Shown in pieces: positions 14,123 to 27,349 of a stretch of DNA of 64,000 nt. Below the pieces are notes generated by a model. The model saw nothing but the letters and a program-made list of their open reading frames with translations, made no database searches and was not told the DNA's origin. Each line of letters starts with the position of its first letter. Position 1 is the stretch's first letter. The DNA lies in assembly GCA_951406725.2 (NCBI GenBank), contig OX597834.1, forward strand, positions 14,694,001 through 14,758,000, in the 5' to 3' direction. The translations under genes were made by a program, and so were the position numbers. This DNA comes from Octopus vulgaris (Eukaryota).

Positions 14123-14886
14123 TGTATGTATATATGTATGTATGTATGTGTGTATGTATGTATGTATGTATGTATGTATGTATGTATGTATGTATGTATG
14201 TATGTATGTATGTATGTATGTATGTATGTATGTATGTGTGTATGTATGTATGTATGTATGTATGTATGTACGTTCATACGTTCAATCAGCGCCTGAAGTA
14301 CGTGAAACTATTCATAGTGCATACTTTTAAGAACATCCTATTTTAACAGACGCGTCTGTGACCATGAAACACTTGATTCATTAGTGTAAGGCGATTTTCG
14401 ATCACCCAGTGTTTTGACATAGTTGTATCTCCTCAGACAAAGTATCCAGGACTCATGAATCTAATATGTGTTTGTGGCAATTGTTAATTACTTCAGGAAA
14501 TTAAGTATTTGACTATCCACGATGAACCTTTGCCAACTGTGTATGAAAAGGGTGCCTTATATTTTCAATCTTCGTATGTTTCGGGAGATTCGATCACGTG
14601 TATAATAAACGACATGTTATATCGTCATTGGAAGCCAAATTCGCCTTTTACGCAAAATATGTGTTGAGATTATTTTTGCCTATCGTATGTAAATTGAAAT
14701 CAAACAAGTAAAGGCAGTAATCTCTCTACGATATAAGTGTGTGGATGTATGAATACATACATATGCACAAATATACATATATATATATAAATGCATATGT
14801 GTGTATATATATATATATTTATATATATATATATATATATGTATGTATATATATATATGTATGTATATATATATATATACATATAC

Positions 14887-14973
<87 letters not shown>

Positions 14974-15350
14974 CATGCAGACATTTATCGCGAAACACTT
15001 GTTATTGTTTTTACATACGCTGCTGTTTCGTATAGCAAGTTATAATATTTTCATAAACATCCATTATAAAGTCTTGCCTAAGGCAAATTTAAAGTGGAGC
15101 CGAGGTGAGATGATATTTTTTTTCATCAATTTTCTAAGGAACTTATGTTTCCAAATAACAAATTTCTTGGAAACTTTTCAAAAATTCCAATTATTGCTTT
15201 CCATATATTTCTTTTTTTTGTTTTTTTCTTTGACTTCAGTTTTGTGTCCGTAAGTGATGAAACTAAAGAACAGATTAAGAAGAGAAAATGGCAGAATTTC
15301 ATAACTTAGTGGAAAATTAATCTCTAAATCTGGATAAAGAATCACTCAAA

Positions 15351-16520
15351 GTACACATGTAGACATACAAACTCGTATCCACATATATACATGTATAAAC
15401 ACAAGAACACAAGAACACTCACACATACACACAAAGATACACATATATACATACATATATATATATATATGTACACATGTAGATATACACACTCGTATCC
15501 ACATATATACATGTATACACACAAGAACACAAGAACACTCACACATACACACAAAGATACACATATATACATACATATATATATATATGTACACATGTAG
15601 ATATACACACTCGTATCCACATATATACATGTATACACACAAGAACACAAGAACACTCACACATACACACAAAGATACACATATATACATACATATATAT
15701 ATATGTACACATGTAGATATACACACTCGTATCCACATATATACATGTATACACACAAGAACACAAGAACACTCACACATACACACAAAGATAGACATAT
15801 ATACATACATATATATATATATATATACACATGTAGATATACACACTCGTATCCACATATATACATGTATACACACAAGAACACAAGAACACTCACACAT
15901 ACACACAAAGATACACATATATACATACATATATATATATGTACACATGTAGACATACACACTCGTATCCACATATATACATGTATACACACAAGAACAC
16001 AAGAACACTCACACATACACACAAAGATACACATATATACATACATATATATATATGTACACATGTAGATATACACACTCGTATCCACATATATACATGT
16101 ATACACACAAGAACACAAGAACACTCACACATACACACAAAGATACACATATATACATACATATATATATATGTACACATGTAGATATACACACTCGTAT
16201 CCACATATATACATGTATACACACAAGAACACAAGAACACTCACACATACACACAAAGATACACATATATACATACATATATATATATGTACACATGTAG
16301 ATATACACACTCGTATCCACATATATACATGTATACACACAAGAACACAAGAACACTCACACATACACACAAAGATACACATATATACATACATATATAT
16401 ATATGTACACATGTAGATATACACACTCGTATCCACATATATACATGTATACACACAAGAACACAAGAACACTCACACATACACACAAAGATACACATAT
16501 ATACATACATATATATATAT
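15351..16520. repeat. Minisatellite, 10 units of 116-120 bp
   Basis: Units start at about 15351, 15471, 15589, 15705, 15825, 15941, 16057, 16173, 16289 and 16405; they differ mainly in (TA) count. Confidence 0.95.
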
Positions 16521-17347
16521 GTATACATATGTTTATAAAGTATGTATGCATGTATTATTTAAATATTATAAATTATATAAATATATATTACACACACGCA
16601 TATATATACTAATATTTATATAGCATGTATGTATTTAAATAAGTAAATTATATACATATATATTAAACACAACGACATACACACGCACACATTCACGTGA
16701 ATATAAGCGTATGCACAAATGTCCGCCTCTGTGTATTTTTATGGCTTCTTAGTGTCTGTGTGCACATCTATGTGTTTGTGTGTGTTTTCACGTGTATGTA
16801 TGCGTGTGTATGTGCGTGTACTTTGATGTGGGTGCGCATGAGTTGCTCTGATTTAACTTAATTCTACCTGCAGTATAGTTTTTAACTTATCCTAACTTAT
16901 TCTTTAGATTTGTCTGACTTATCAAATTTATTTAGATTTAGTTTTAGTTTTGGCTTAAGTCTCTAGTGAAAGCGCTCTAAGCAATTTCTGAGAGAAACGC
17001 TGACTAAAAGAAAGAAAGAAAAACAAGAAAGCAAGAAAAAATCGGAACACCACAGAACATCCGAAAGACTTTTAAAACTTAATATTCTATTAAAACGTTT
17101 AATTATTTATACTTAGGTACAAATAATACATATTCAAGAATTTTTTTACTCTTCATGTAGAAATAAATTTGTATATATTTGTTTTTCATAGATTTACGTA
17201 ATCGCATGTTTTACAGAATATATTGTGCAATGGATTAAATTGGGTTTTCAACATAGATTCATCTGTCCCTCCTCTGAGATCAAGTCCCATCTTCTATAAC
17301 TTGTTTCGTTCATATTCAAAATGTTTATAAGGCAATTATTACAAAAT

Positions 17348-17728
17348 CTCTTTACTCCTTTTCTTATTTCAGTCATTTGACAGCGGCCATGCTGGAGCAA
17401 CGCCTTGAGTCGAGCAAATCGACCCCAGAGCTTATTCTTTGTAAGCCTAGTACTTATTATATCGGTCACGTTAACCCGAACCGCTCAGTTACGGAGACAT
17501 AAACACACTACCATCGGTTGTCAAGCGATGTTGGGGGGACAAACACAGGCACACAAATATATACACACATACGCACACACATATATATATACACATATAC
17601 GACAGGCTTCTTCCAGTTTCCGTCTACCAAATCAACTCACAAGGCTTTGGTAGGCCTGAGGCTAGAGTAGAAGACACTTGCCCAAGGTGGTACGCAGTGG
17701 GACTGAACCCAGAACCATGGGCTGGTAG
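17348..17728 (-). mobile_element. SINE family A, diverged, head truncated
   Basis: Colinear with 9223-9648. Confidence 0.85.
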
Positions 17729-18177
17729 TGAAATTTCAGCGGTCCGTACTAAATTTTTATAGTGACCTTTGGAGATTGCATGAGGCCAAGGATTTCACAA
17801 ATCAATTTTTCACAATATTAAGTAAAATACTAATTAGTTAAAAATGGAAGTGGCAGAAATATATAATATTGAAATTTTATTGTGGGCGCTGAATTGGCAG
17901 AATGTTAGGTGTTAACGAATTAAGCTTTATAGAATATATTTCGGCAGTTTATGTCCAGAGTTGAAATCCCGAGACCAAGTATGTCATTCATCTCTCTGAC
18001 CATCCTTGAAAATTGCTGGTTTTTTGCCTAAACCAGAAAGAATAATTATACCTTTCGAGTACCATATTATGTGCACAGTCAAAATGTATTTACAAGTTGC
18101 TTAATGTCCCTATCCGTCTAGACGACAAAACGTGGAATTATTTACGCTAAAAGTTACTTTTTAAATACATTATTGAG

Positions 18178-18410
18178 GTGTGTGTATGTGTTTGTGTGTC
18201 TGTGTTTGTCCCCCTAGCATTGCTTGACAACCGATGCTGGTGTGTTTACGTCCCCGTCACTTAGCGGTTCGGCAAAAGAGACCGATAGAATAAGTACTGG
18301 GCTTACAAAGAATTAGTCCCGGGGTCGATTTGATCGACTAAAATGCGGTGCTCCAGCAAGGCCGCAGTCAAATGACTGAAACAAGTAAAAGAGTAAAGAG
18401 TAAAGAGAGA
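18178..18410 (+). mobile_element. SINE family A, 3' half only
   Basis: Starts in the internal TG tract and ends in the GAGTAAA(A) tail. Confidence 0.85.
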
Positions 18411-19401
18411 GTACCATGTCATCTGCTCGTCTAACACGCCTGACCGAGAAGGTGAGTTTAAGCATATTTCGCTCATGGCCAATATTAAGTCTTATTTTAT
18501 ATCGATATCGTTCAACCGCTGCTGATTCTTTACCACCAGTTGTGGTGTCAAGGAAATAATCTAGTTTGCTCATTTCCAAACCAGGAGAGGTGAAAACGGT
18601 GTTTAGCCACTCTTTCTGGTTTATGATCATAGATCCATTTTCTTGGAAGAATAGCCTTAAATTGCAATGTACTGGGGTTGTTTTTGTTTTTTAACAAATT
18701 CAAAGAAAGCTTTAGGATAAGCTTAATATTTTCCATAACCCTGGTCTTTTCCTGTTTCTTTTTCGTAAAACAATTTCACATTTTTCTCGATCTCCAACAA
18801 TTGCCCTTCCAGAACGTTTGATGCTGACTTATTCCTCTTTATTTACGTGGTTTGGAATTTGTGTTCTCATAGGAGAATTTTTCCCCTAGGGAAGTTTATC
18901 TTTTCTGATTTTCATTTTACTTATTTATTAATATTATTATTTGGGGAGCAGGTTGCATTTTATCTTTCAGACAAATTTCATGCGTATGGCTTATATTACT
19001 GGCATGAAGTATTCAAGATACTTGCAATGTCACGTGCAGAAAGACATTTACGTCCATTCTTTCCGAAGAACTCGCTTTGTATTAACTTTCACTTTGATTT
19101 GTGAAAGCTCGCAATCGATACAGACTGCGTTCGTTTTATTGGCTCATACATCATCATCCCTACTATATTACGGTCAGAGAGTAACGACACTTTCTCATTA
19201 TGGGAAACTTCAATATTATTTGTGAGGGAAATACCCTGAATTTTATTGGCACCGATTGGCTCATGTGCTACTTACTGATGTACTAGATAGATATATATAT
19301 AGATAGAGAGAGAGATAGAGAGATAGATAGAGAGATAGAGAGATAGATACATAGGTAGAGGGATGGATGGATGGATGAATGGATAGATAGATAGAGAGAG
19401 G

Positions 19402-19477
<76 letters not shown>

Positions 19478-19478
<1 letters not shown>

Positions 19479-19836
19479 GTTTCTTTATTGGCCACAAAGG
19501 GCTTCACACAGATGGGACACATTACAAGGTAGAGCTTTTCTTTTTGGGGACGAAAAAACAACCAAAAAACAAAAGAAATAAAAGTGGCGTAGGTTTTCAA
19601 TCAAAAGGGATCGTAAAAGTGAAAAAAGAAAAAGAAAAAAAGGAAGAAAAAAGGAAAAGAAAAAGGAAAAAAGAAGAAAAAAGAGGAAAAGGGGAAGAGG
19701 AAAAGAAAACGATCAATAGGGATCGTGTATCACAGTGTCATGATGTACGGTGTAAAGGGGGAAGCAGATAAGGTTTATCCGTGGGAAGAAAAGCCTACGA
19801 AAAAGACCACGGTAACCTCGGTCAATATTGTTATAT
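19478..19836 (-). mobile_element. Putative LINE 3'UTR fragment inserted in (GATA)n, with a tail like SINE B
   Basis: Minus strand ends tgtcccatctgtgtgaagccctttgtggccaataaagaaac, compared with SINE B tgtcccctctgtgtttagccccttgtgggtagtaaagaaat. The upstream part is unrelated to SINE B. Confidence 0.5.
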
Positions 19837-19879
<43 letters not shown>

Positions 19880-20069
19880 AAGGTTAGTAAAGTTAGAGAT
19901 TAGAATAACCGTCTACGGAATAAAGATATCCGCTATACTACCGGTATAATTACATGTTTTAACCCTGGACTAACATATGCAAGCATATTATGCTCATAGC
20001 TTACACATAATGGCAAAGATCAACATGAGTTTATCAGGAATCAAACTTAAAGTAAACAGAAAATGTATA

Positions 20070-20122
<53 letters not shown>

Positions 20123-20201
20123 ATTGCAGCGTGGAAGGTGTTTATAAGCCATTTAAGAAACACACAAAAGCTGTTCGATTCACTTCAACATTTAAGTTTA
20201 A

Positions 20202-20251
20202 TTTGTCAAAATATTTTCGTCGCTAAAATCCGCGACCTGTTCACTGACAAA
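20202..20251 (-). ncRNA. Hammerhead fold, G3:C8 variant (minus-strand copy)
   Basis: Exact reverse complement of 20267-20316. Confidence 0.68.
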
Positions 20252-20266
20252 AATGCAGCACGGGTT

Positions 20267-20316
20267 TTTGTCAGTGAACAGGTCGCGGATTTTAGCGACG
20301 AAAATATTTTGACAAA
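20267..20316 (+). ncRNA. Hammerhead fold, G3:C8 variant (plus-strand copy)
   Basis: tttgtca-GTGAACA-g-gtcgc ggatttta gcgac-GAAA-ATAT-TT-tgacaaa: 7-bp stem I, 5-bp stem II, palindromic stem III region. Confidence 0.68.
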
Positions 20317-20479
20317 TTAAACTTAAATGTTGAAGTGAATCGAACGGCTTTTGTGTGTTTCTTAAATGGCTAATAAACACCTTCCACGCTGCAATTGTTT
20401 TCGTTTCACACACGATCTCAGATCAAATTACTTGCTTTACATCTCCCTATATATATATATATATATATTATTAAACGAG

Positions 20480-20584
20480 ATGGATTTTATATTAAGAAGG
20501 ATGTATTAAACAATATGGATTTTATATTAAGAAGGATGTATTAAACAATATGGATTTTATATTAAGAAGGTTGTATTAAACAAT
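20480..20584. repeat. 35-bp tandem repeat x3
   Basis: atggattttatattaagaaggatgtattaaacaat at 20480, 20515 and 20550. Confidence 0.95.
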
Positions 20585-20849
20585 ATAGATCTATATACAC
20601 AGTGTTTGAATGAAAAGGTGAACGACCGAAGCTACAAGACATCTCTTCTGACAAGGGTCTGAATTGATGTTAATAACAACAACAGCAGCAAGAGAAACAT
20701 CATCAGTCGCAGTAACAGCAATTAACTGAAGCCACATCAGCAATAATAGAAAGCTTAACAGCAAAGATGTCATTAACACTGTTAATTTTTTTTGTTTTTT
20801 TTAGATTATAAAAGAGGTGATGAGAAGAAGACAATAATTGCTACAATAA

Positions 20850-21068
20850 AATTAATAATAATAATGATAATGATAACAATGATTATGATGATGATGATGA
20901 TGATGATGATGATGGTGATCATGATGATGATGATGATGATGATGATGGGGATGATGATGATAAAAATAAGGAGAATAATATTGACGAAAATAAAACAAGA
21001 CAAGCATGTAACAACGGGATGCGATAATAATAATATTAGTAATAATAATAATAATCATAATAATAATA

Positions 21069-21101
<33 letters not shown>

Positions 21102-21340
21102 GTTATTATTTTTTTTATTTCTATTATTACTATTATTGTTGTTGTTGTTGTTGTTGTTATAATAAACGGATTTCAACAACAACAACAATAATAGTAATAA
21201 TAGAAATAATAAAAATAATAATAACAATAATAATAATAATAATTATCATTATTATTATTATTATTGTAAATTATCATTTTTATTATTTCTATTATTACTA
21301 TTATTGTTGTTGTTGTTGTTGTTATAATAAACGGATTTCA
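20850..21340. repeat. Compound trinucleotide array (ATG/AAT/ATT/GTT) with an internal ~60-bp duplication
   Basis: Directly visible; the block ending ataataaacggatttca occurs at ~21175 and ~21340. Confidence 0.9.
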
Positions 21341-21981
21341 TATATAACAATAAAATACCGTAAAGTTACGAGCAGAAAAGCGAATAAAGAAGTAAAAAAA
21401 AAACAAAATCTGCAATAATCGGATGTTTGCTGAGATAAACGGATGTTGAGTAAAGAATTGTACACGATATTGACAGCTTCACATAGCTGAGAGAAAAAAA
21501 ATATATGATACAAAAAAAAAAAAAAAGAATGAGTAAAAATATGAAACATATAAAATCGAAGTGACGGTGGAAAATTAGAAGAAAACATTAGACGAGAATT
21601 CCGTAGACAATAACAATATAGATGAAAAAAATAAGAGGAAAACGTCGTTAAATTGAATACACACATGCGCGGGCGTTCAAAGAAATCTTTAACTGAATAC
21701 AACACCTTGTTGATCGCTAGGAAAATATTTATTTGTTGCACAATTAGTATATCGCATTATTGTTTCTCCGGGAGTAGAATTGCCGATAAATTGGCAAAGT
21801 TAATGAAGCACCAGCCGGATTGAGAGAACATCAGATAGAATATTTAGCAGTATTTGTACGTACGTTGTGTGCGCTGAGTTCGAACCCAGCGGAGGTCAGC
21901 TTTGCATTTTATTTTTTATGGTTTGGATAAAATAATGCCATTTTACGGACTGTGATCGATATAATCGATATAATCTCTCCC

Positions 21982-22215
21982 AAGGCGGCGAGCTGGCAGA
22001 AACGTTAGCACGCCGGGCAAAATGCTTAGGGGTATTTCGTCTGTCGTTACGTTCTGAGTTCAAATTCCGCCGAGGTCGACTTTGCCTTTCATCCTTTCGG
22101 GGTGGATAAATAAAGTACCAGTTTCGCACTGGGGTCGATGTAATCGACTTAATCAGTTTGTCTGTCCTTGTTTGTCTCCTCTATGTTTAGCCCCTTGTGG
22201 ACAATAAAAAAGAAA
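21982..22215 (+). mobile_element. SINE family B (young) with 15-bp TSD, inserted in or next to an old B-like copy (21785-21981)
   Basis: GATATAATCTCTCCC at 21967-21981 and 22216-22230. Confidence 0.92.
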
Positions 22216-22387
22216 GATATAATCTCTCCCATTGATGGCACGTGGTTCAGTTGTTCGGCTGTTTGCTCACAATCGTCTGGTCTTGAGTTCGATTCCTGCC
22301 GGTGCTTTGTGTCCATGTGCAGGACATTTTATGTTGCTCTTGTTCCCTCAGATGTTAAAAATGAGTGGTAAATGTACTTCAAGGGGG

Positions 22388-22525
22388 CAGCGTTGTTACA
22401 CTCCGAGTCACGCTGAATCTCCCTTTGAACTAGGTTAAGAGTATAAGCATGTACTCAACTACTTGCTCCTCGTTAATTTCACTAGCATTCCCGAACTCCA
22501 CTCGTCGTAACCGCTGGAATGCCAG
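22388..22525 (+). mobile_element. Degraded family C 3' part
   Basis: gtcacgctgaatctccc..gttaag..gttaatttcac..tcgtcgtaaccg matches the C tail. Confidence 0.6.
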
Positions 22526-22631
22526 TTTTTAACCTCTCTCCTAACAATGCTGACCTTTTGTCAAAATGTGATTTAAAATGCAGCGAGCTAGAAGAAGGGT
22601 TAACGCATCGGACAGAATGATTAGCGGTATT

Positions 22632-22862
22632 AGCGGCGAGCTGGCAGAAACGTTAGCACGTCGGGCGAAATGCTTAGCAGTATTTCGTCTGCCGTTACGT
22701 TCTGAGTTCAAATTCCGCCGAGGTCGACTTTGCCTTTCATCCTTTCGGGGTCGATAAATTAAGTACCAGTTACGCACTGGGGTCGATGTAATCGACTTAA
22801 TACCTATGTCTGTCCTTGTTTGTCCCCTCTGTGTTTAGCCCCTTGTGCGTAATAAAGAAATA
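22632..22862 (+). mobile_element. SINE family B (young) nested in an old B copy (22581-22945)
   Basis: GGTATT duplicated at 22626-22631 and 22863-22868; the flanks are the 5' and 3' parts of a degraded B element. Confidence 0.9.
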
Positions 22863-23314
22863 GGTATTTTCTCCCGTCTTTTAAGTGTAAAACTCAAATC
22901 TCAGCGAAGTCCACTTAGCCTTTCACAGCTTCAGGATCAATATAATTCAAGAAGCAATTACATACTAAAATTTGCTAGTATCCTTCTCTCGACATTATTG
23001 GACGTCTGATATGACATCCACATTTGAATGTAATCCTGTAGGTGAAGTTATCATGTAATGTATATATTATGTCAAATATTTCAAACCATTATTTGTTTTA
23101 ACAGAAAACAGACTTGGTCTCGGAATGAATGACTCACTTTATCGGTTCTGTTCGAATCAAGTACAGATCAACTTTGTACTTCATCCTTTCGAGGCTAATA
23201 GAAATACCATTTTAATGTATTGGATTAGCGGCACTATAAGTACGCCGGTCCGAATTGATGCTCTTCGTTAATTATTTTGGTTCTTTGCATGTTGAGATCA
23301 AAATAATTATTTGA

Positions 23315-23640
23315 AGGAATATTAATCCTAACTTACAGGGAAAAATTCAATTGAGAAATACCAAATCAAATTTCACACAATATAATATATATATATATAA
23401 AAATTAGAAAAAAACCCACTTTTTATTAATTCAAAATGAACAATTAAATTACACCATCAAAAAAATTACGTATAATAGAAATATTAAAATTAAAATAGCA
23501 ATAATATGCCGATGATTAAGTAAATTGCAAAGAAATAATAAAAACGTATATAATTGGTAGAATAAAAATATATATAAATATATATGCTTACGGTCAGGTC
23601 TGTTTCTGCATACCTGCATCAGAAACTAATCTTAACATGT
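23315..23640 (-). mobile_element. Degraded AT-rich family F element
   Basis: aatcctaacttacagggaaaaat matches 59913-59940 and the reverse complement of 33760-33800. Confidence 0.5.
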
Positions 23641-24287
23641 TTGTACGAAATCTTGAGGTGGAAACGTCGAGAAATGTCTTTCTATGGCAGTTTACACAGT
23701 AAAATAAAATCACGGCCTACCGAAACTTCTGTACAATTTACGTTGTGTTTCTTATTTGCCTAAAGAATAAACAATACATTTCTTAATCGTCTTTCTCTTG
23801 GAAAATATCTGCATGAATGAAAATAGCACGTTCTGTGAGAATAACAATAAATCCTTCGGAATCCAAATCCCATAGAAAGAAAGAAAGAAATCTATGAACA
23901 AAACTTTTAGCAATGATACCATACCAAGCCACAGAGAAATCCAATAATTCATGCTTCAGAAATACGTGTGTAAGTGATTAGTGAGGACACATGCGGTGCA
24001 TGCTGATGGAAGCTTCTAATGTGATATCCTCTCTACTCTTTGTAACAAAGCTTTTCAATATGTGTCTCTTTGCTGTATTATTTATATATTAAATATATTA
24101 CTATGATTTACATGCTAATGTCTAATGACTAGATCCAGTGCATTCGCTCGACTTCCACGGAAGAACAACCCAATTTCTCTATAATCACAATATACTACCT
24201 TTGGAAATACCCAAGTGTATACAAAGCAATGTAAATCCTGAAGGCATATTGCGTTTCAAAAACTTATAGTCACTGTTTATATATAAA

Positions 24288-24682
24288 CTAGCAGTATCGC
24301 CCGGCGTTGCTCGGGTTTGTAAGGGAAATAACTACATAAGCATTTTTAGAGATGTAAAGTAGAGTAGCCATCGCAATATGGCTAACCACAAAGGGGGGTG
24401 TTACTGTAGCTTTTTACGTTCTGAGATTTAATAATACATTTCTAGAGAGTTACTTCCCTTATATAATAGCAAAAAAATGCATTAAAAATGGGAAAAAATG
24501 ATGGTAATTTTTTTTTTTAATCGTAGACTCATCGTAGACGCGTGCTAATACCCAGAAGGGCTCGATATGAATCACGACTATAAGATACCCGGTTTTGGTT
24601 AACCTGCACCGCAAAATGTGGGAGTAGTTAGGAATCTAAATTGTAGGAGACAGACACACAACTTCACTTTTATATATAAAGA
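24288..24682 (-). mobile_element. Complete non-autonomous Helitron (395 bp)
   Basis: Minus strand begins TCtttatatataaaa and ends CTAG, inserted between A and T with no TSD. Subterminal GC hairpin gcccggcgttgctcgggt (24299-24316) lies about 11 nt from the 3' end. Confidence 0.85.
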
Positions 24683-25533
24683 TTTGAGCGTTCATGAGTT
24701 TAATTATGTCTGGCCAAAAAAAAAGCAATACGATAATCAGCAACAGTTTTGCAATATATATAGCTTCACAATTTTCATATCGCATGTCCTTATTTTAATT
24801 TATAATAGCAGTGAGTTCTATATTTACTTACCGTTACGTTGTGATCAAATTTATAAATCTACAGTAGTCATAAATTAATGGTGATTATTATAGAGGTGTA
24901 ATTGAAATGGTGGAAATGCATGGGACCATAATCAGTGAAAGTGCGAGAATGCACACGAAGTGCGAGAATGCACACGATTTCCCCTACAGGATTATATTAA
25001 AATGTAGATTAAACGAAATGATTTTGTAAGAGAAATAACAAGGTATATTACATCTGAATATAGTCTGTTGCATTCGACAGGCCTAAAATCACATGTAACA
25101 TACATATCCGTATACAATGTTGTACTTACTGGTCGAACGGAAAACATATCAGAATAGGAAACGATATCAGTGTCATTTGAATATATTCTTTCCTTTCCTA
25201 CATCTGTTTCAGTATTCCTTACAGCGGGCAATTTTTTCCGTACTTCAAAAGAATACTTCCTCAGTTAATTCTTGTGTGATGATAAATACACCTTGTGTAT
25301 TTATAAATTATGTAATAAATGTGTTATGTAGGATCCATTGAAAGATGCATGAAGTTAAACTGGTCTGGGAGTTTTATGTTTTAATGAGTGTCGGACAACA
25401 TCCTAGCCACTATTGTTCCGGGAGCTACTGTGACCCGGAGTAGTTACACCTATCATAGTCCTAGCTATAAGTTAAATAGTATGTAACCACCAGAGCCAGT
25501 TTATCATGAACTTATAGGAATTAGCGTGATATA

Positions 25534-25938
25534 TACTCTTTACTCTTTACTCTTTTACTTGTTTCAGTCATTTGACTGCGGCCATGCTGGAGCACCGCCT
25601 TTAATCGAGCAACTCGACCCCAGGACTTATTCTTTTGTAAGCCCAGTACTTATACTATCGGTGTCTTTTGCCGAACCGCTAAGTAACTGGGACATAAACA
25701 CACCAGCATCGGTTGTCAAGCAATGCTAGGAGGACAAACACAGACACACAAACACACACACGCACATATATATATATACATATATACGACAGGCTTCTTT
25801 CAGTTTCTGTCTACCAAATCCACTCACAAGGATTTTGTCGGCCCGAGGCTATAGTAGAAGATACTTGCCCAAGTGCCACGCAGTGGGACTGAACCCGGAA
25901 CCATGTGGTTGGTAAACAAGCTACTTACCACACAGCCA
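25534..25938 (-). mobile_element. SINE family A
   Basis: Colinear with 9223-9648. Confidence 0.9.
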
Positions 25939-26891
25939 TTCGACAGATAAGCTAATTGAGTTAGAAAATATAACTGCACAATGAATGGATGAACACACAA
26001 CAAACTCTCAATAACCGGGACCAACCAGTATTAGTGAGCCAATGCTAGCATTTGTAGTCGTGGAAAGCAATCATGACATTTCAGCAAGCAAAAGATCAGT
26101 GCAGCCCAAGTCAGACATTCGTGTTTCATTGCTCGATTGGCACGTCTCGTATGATGGAGATAAATTGGCTCGGGCAGGTCGCCCAACTTTGATAGGAGAT
26201 GACTGACAGAACAATCTAAGTAAATCCTAATTGATCTCAAGTGCAACACTCCCAAAGCATATTTTGGTCATGTGACAGGAGAGAGAAATATATGCGGAAT
26301 CAGTATGGAAGAATTATAGTAAAAATTTCTGCGCAAAATTGTATATCACTAACACAAGCAAGTGTACTCTTAGCGAATAGTCTGTAATTAAAAATAATAT
26401 TTGTGTTGTGATTAAATTTTGTGCTCATATATGTGCTTTTCCATTACAAGAACATATTTTATTTTGATTTAATTTACGTGGAACATTTGGGAGATCTTGT
26501 CATTTGTTTAAAATTTCATTATTTTAAATATATTGTCTTCATTTGTTTGAAATTATTATACATAAATCATTATTCATATTGATACTATTTATTAATTGAA
26601 TAATTCTAATCTTGCGTTACTTTGGCATCGGTTTTCAGACTACGCTTTATCTGTCAGAATCTGCAGGTAAATCTCTTTATAAACACAGCCAACTAACATA
26701 AATAGTAATTATGTACTTTAACAGCAAGAACAATAACAGAAATACTAAATAATTGGATAGCATCCCATATGTCTGTCATAAAAAAAACAACACAAAATAT
26801 GGGAAAAATTCAAAAAAAATATTCAAACAACCAGGAACATTGAGAACAACAACGTACAAATAGAGTCTGCGACAAACATACTACGACACAG

Positions 26892-27270
26892 GGAAGCACT
26901 CCGTCGGTTACGACGACGAGGGTTCCGGTTGATACGAATCAACGGAACAGCCTGCTCGTGAAATAAACGTGTAAGTGGCTGAGCACTCCACAGACACGTG
27001 CACCCTTAACGTAGTTCTCGGGGATATTCAGCGTGACACAGAGAGTGACAAGGCCGGCCCTTTGAAATACAGGTACAACAGAGACATGAAGTAAGAGAAA
27101 GTTGTGGTGAAAGAGTACAGCAGGGATCACCACCATCCCCTGCCGGAGCCTCGTGGAGCTTTAGGTGTTTTTCGCTCAATAAACACTCACAACGCCCGAT
27201 CTGGGAATCGAAACCGCGATTCTACGACCGCGAGTCCGCTGCCCTAACCACTGGGCCATTGCGCCTCCAC
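26892..27270 (-). mobile_element. SINE family C, full length
   Basis: Near-identical to 4909-5293; ACGACACA on both flanks. Confidence 0.9.
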
Positions 27271-27349
27271 ACAACGACACAATAAGGAATGTGAAACAAA
27301 TGACCGACACAGTATAATTCAAACATGAAAACAACACTCAAACAGTAAT

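Larger units (their letters stand above)
20122..20396. repeat. Near-perfect inverted repeat, 132-bp arms, 11-bp spacer
   Basis: 20122-20253 is the reverse complement of 20265-20396 with 2 mismatches seen; (TA)n on both flanks. Confidence 0.95.

Noticed and set aside
15351-16520. CRISPR-like or coding-repeat reading of the regular array
   Set aside because: Units are near-identical throughout with no unique spacers; eukaryotic context with no cas genes.
18548-18736. NNPSTLQFKA resembling a P-element/THAP9 transposase motif
   Set aside because: Single short motif with no supporting flanking similarity or TIRs.
23590-23630. Hammerhead-like CTGA..GAAAC on the minus strand (also ~42370-42410)
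   Set aside because: Core incomplete and no stem I pairing; at best heavily decayed.
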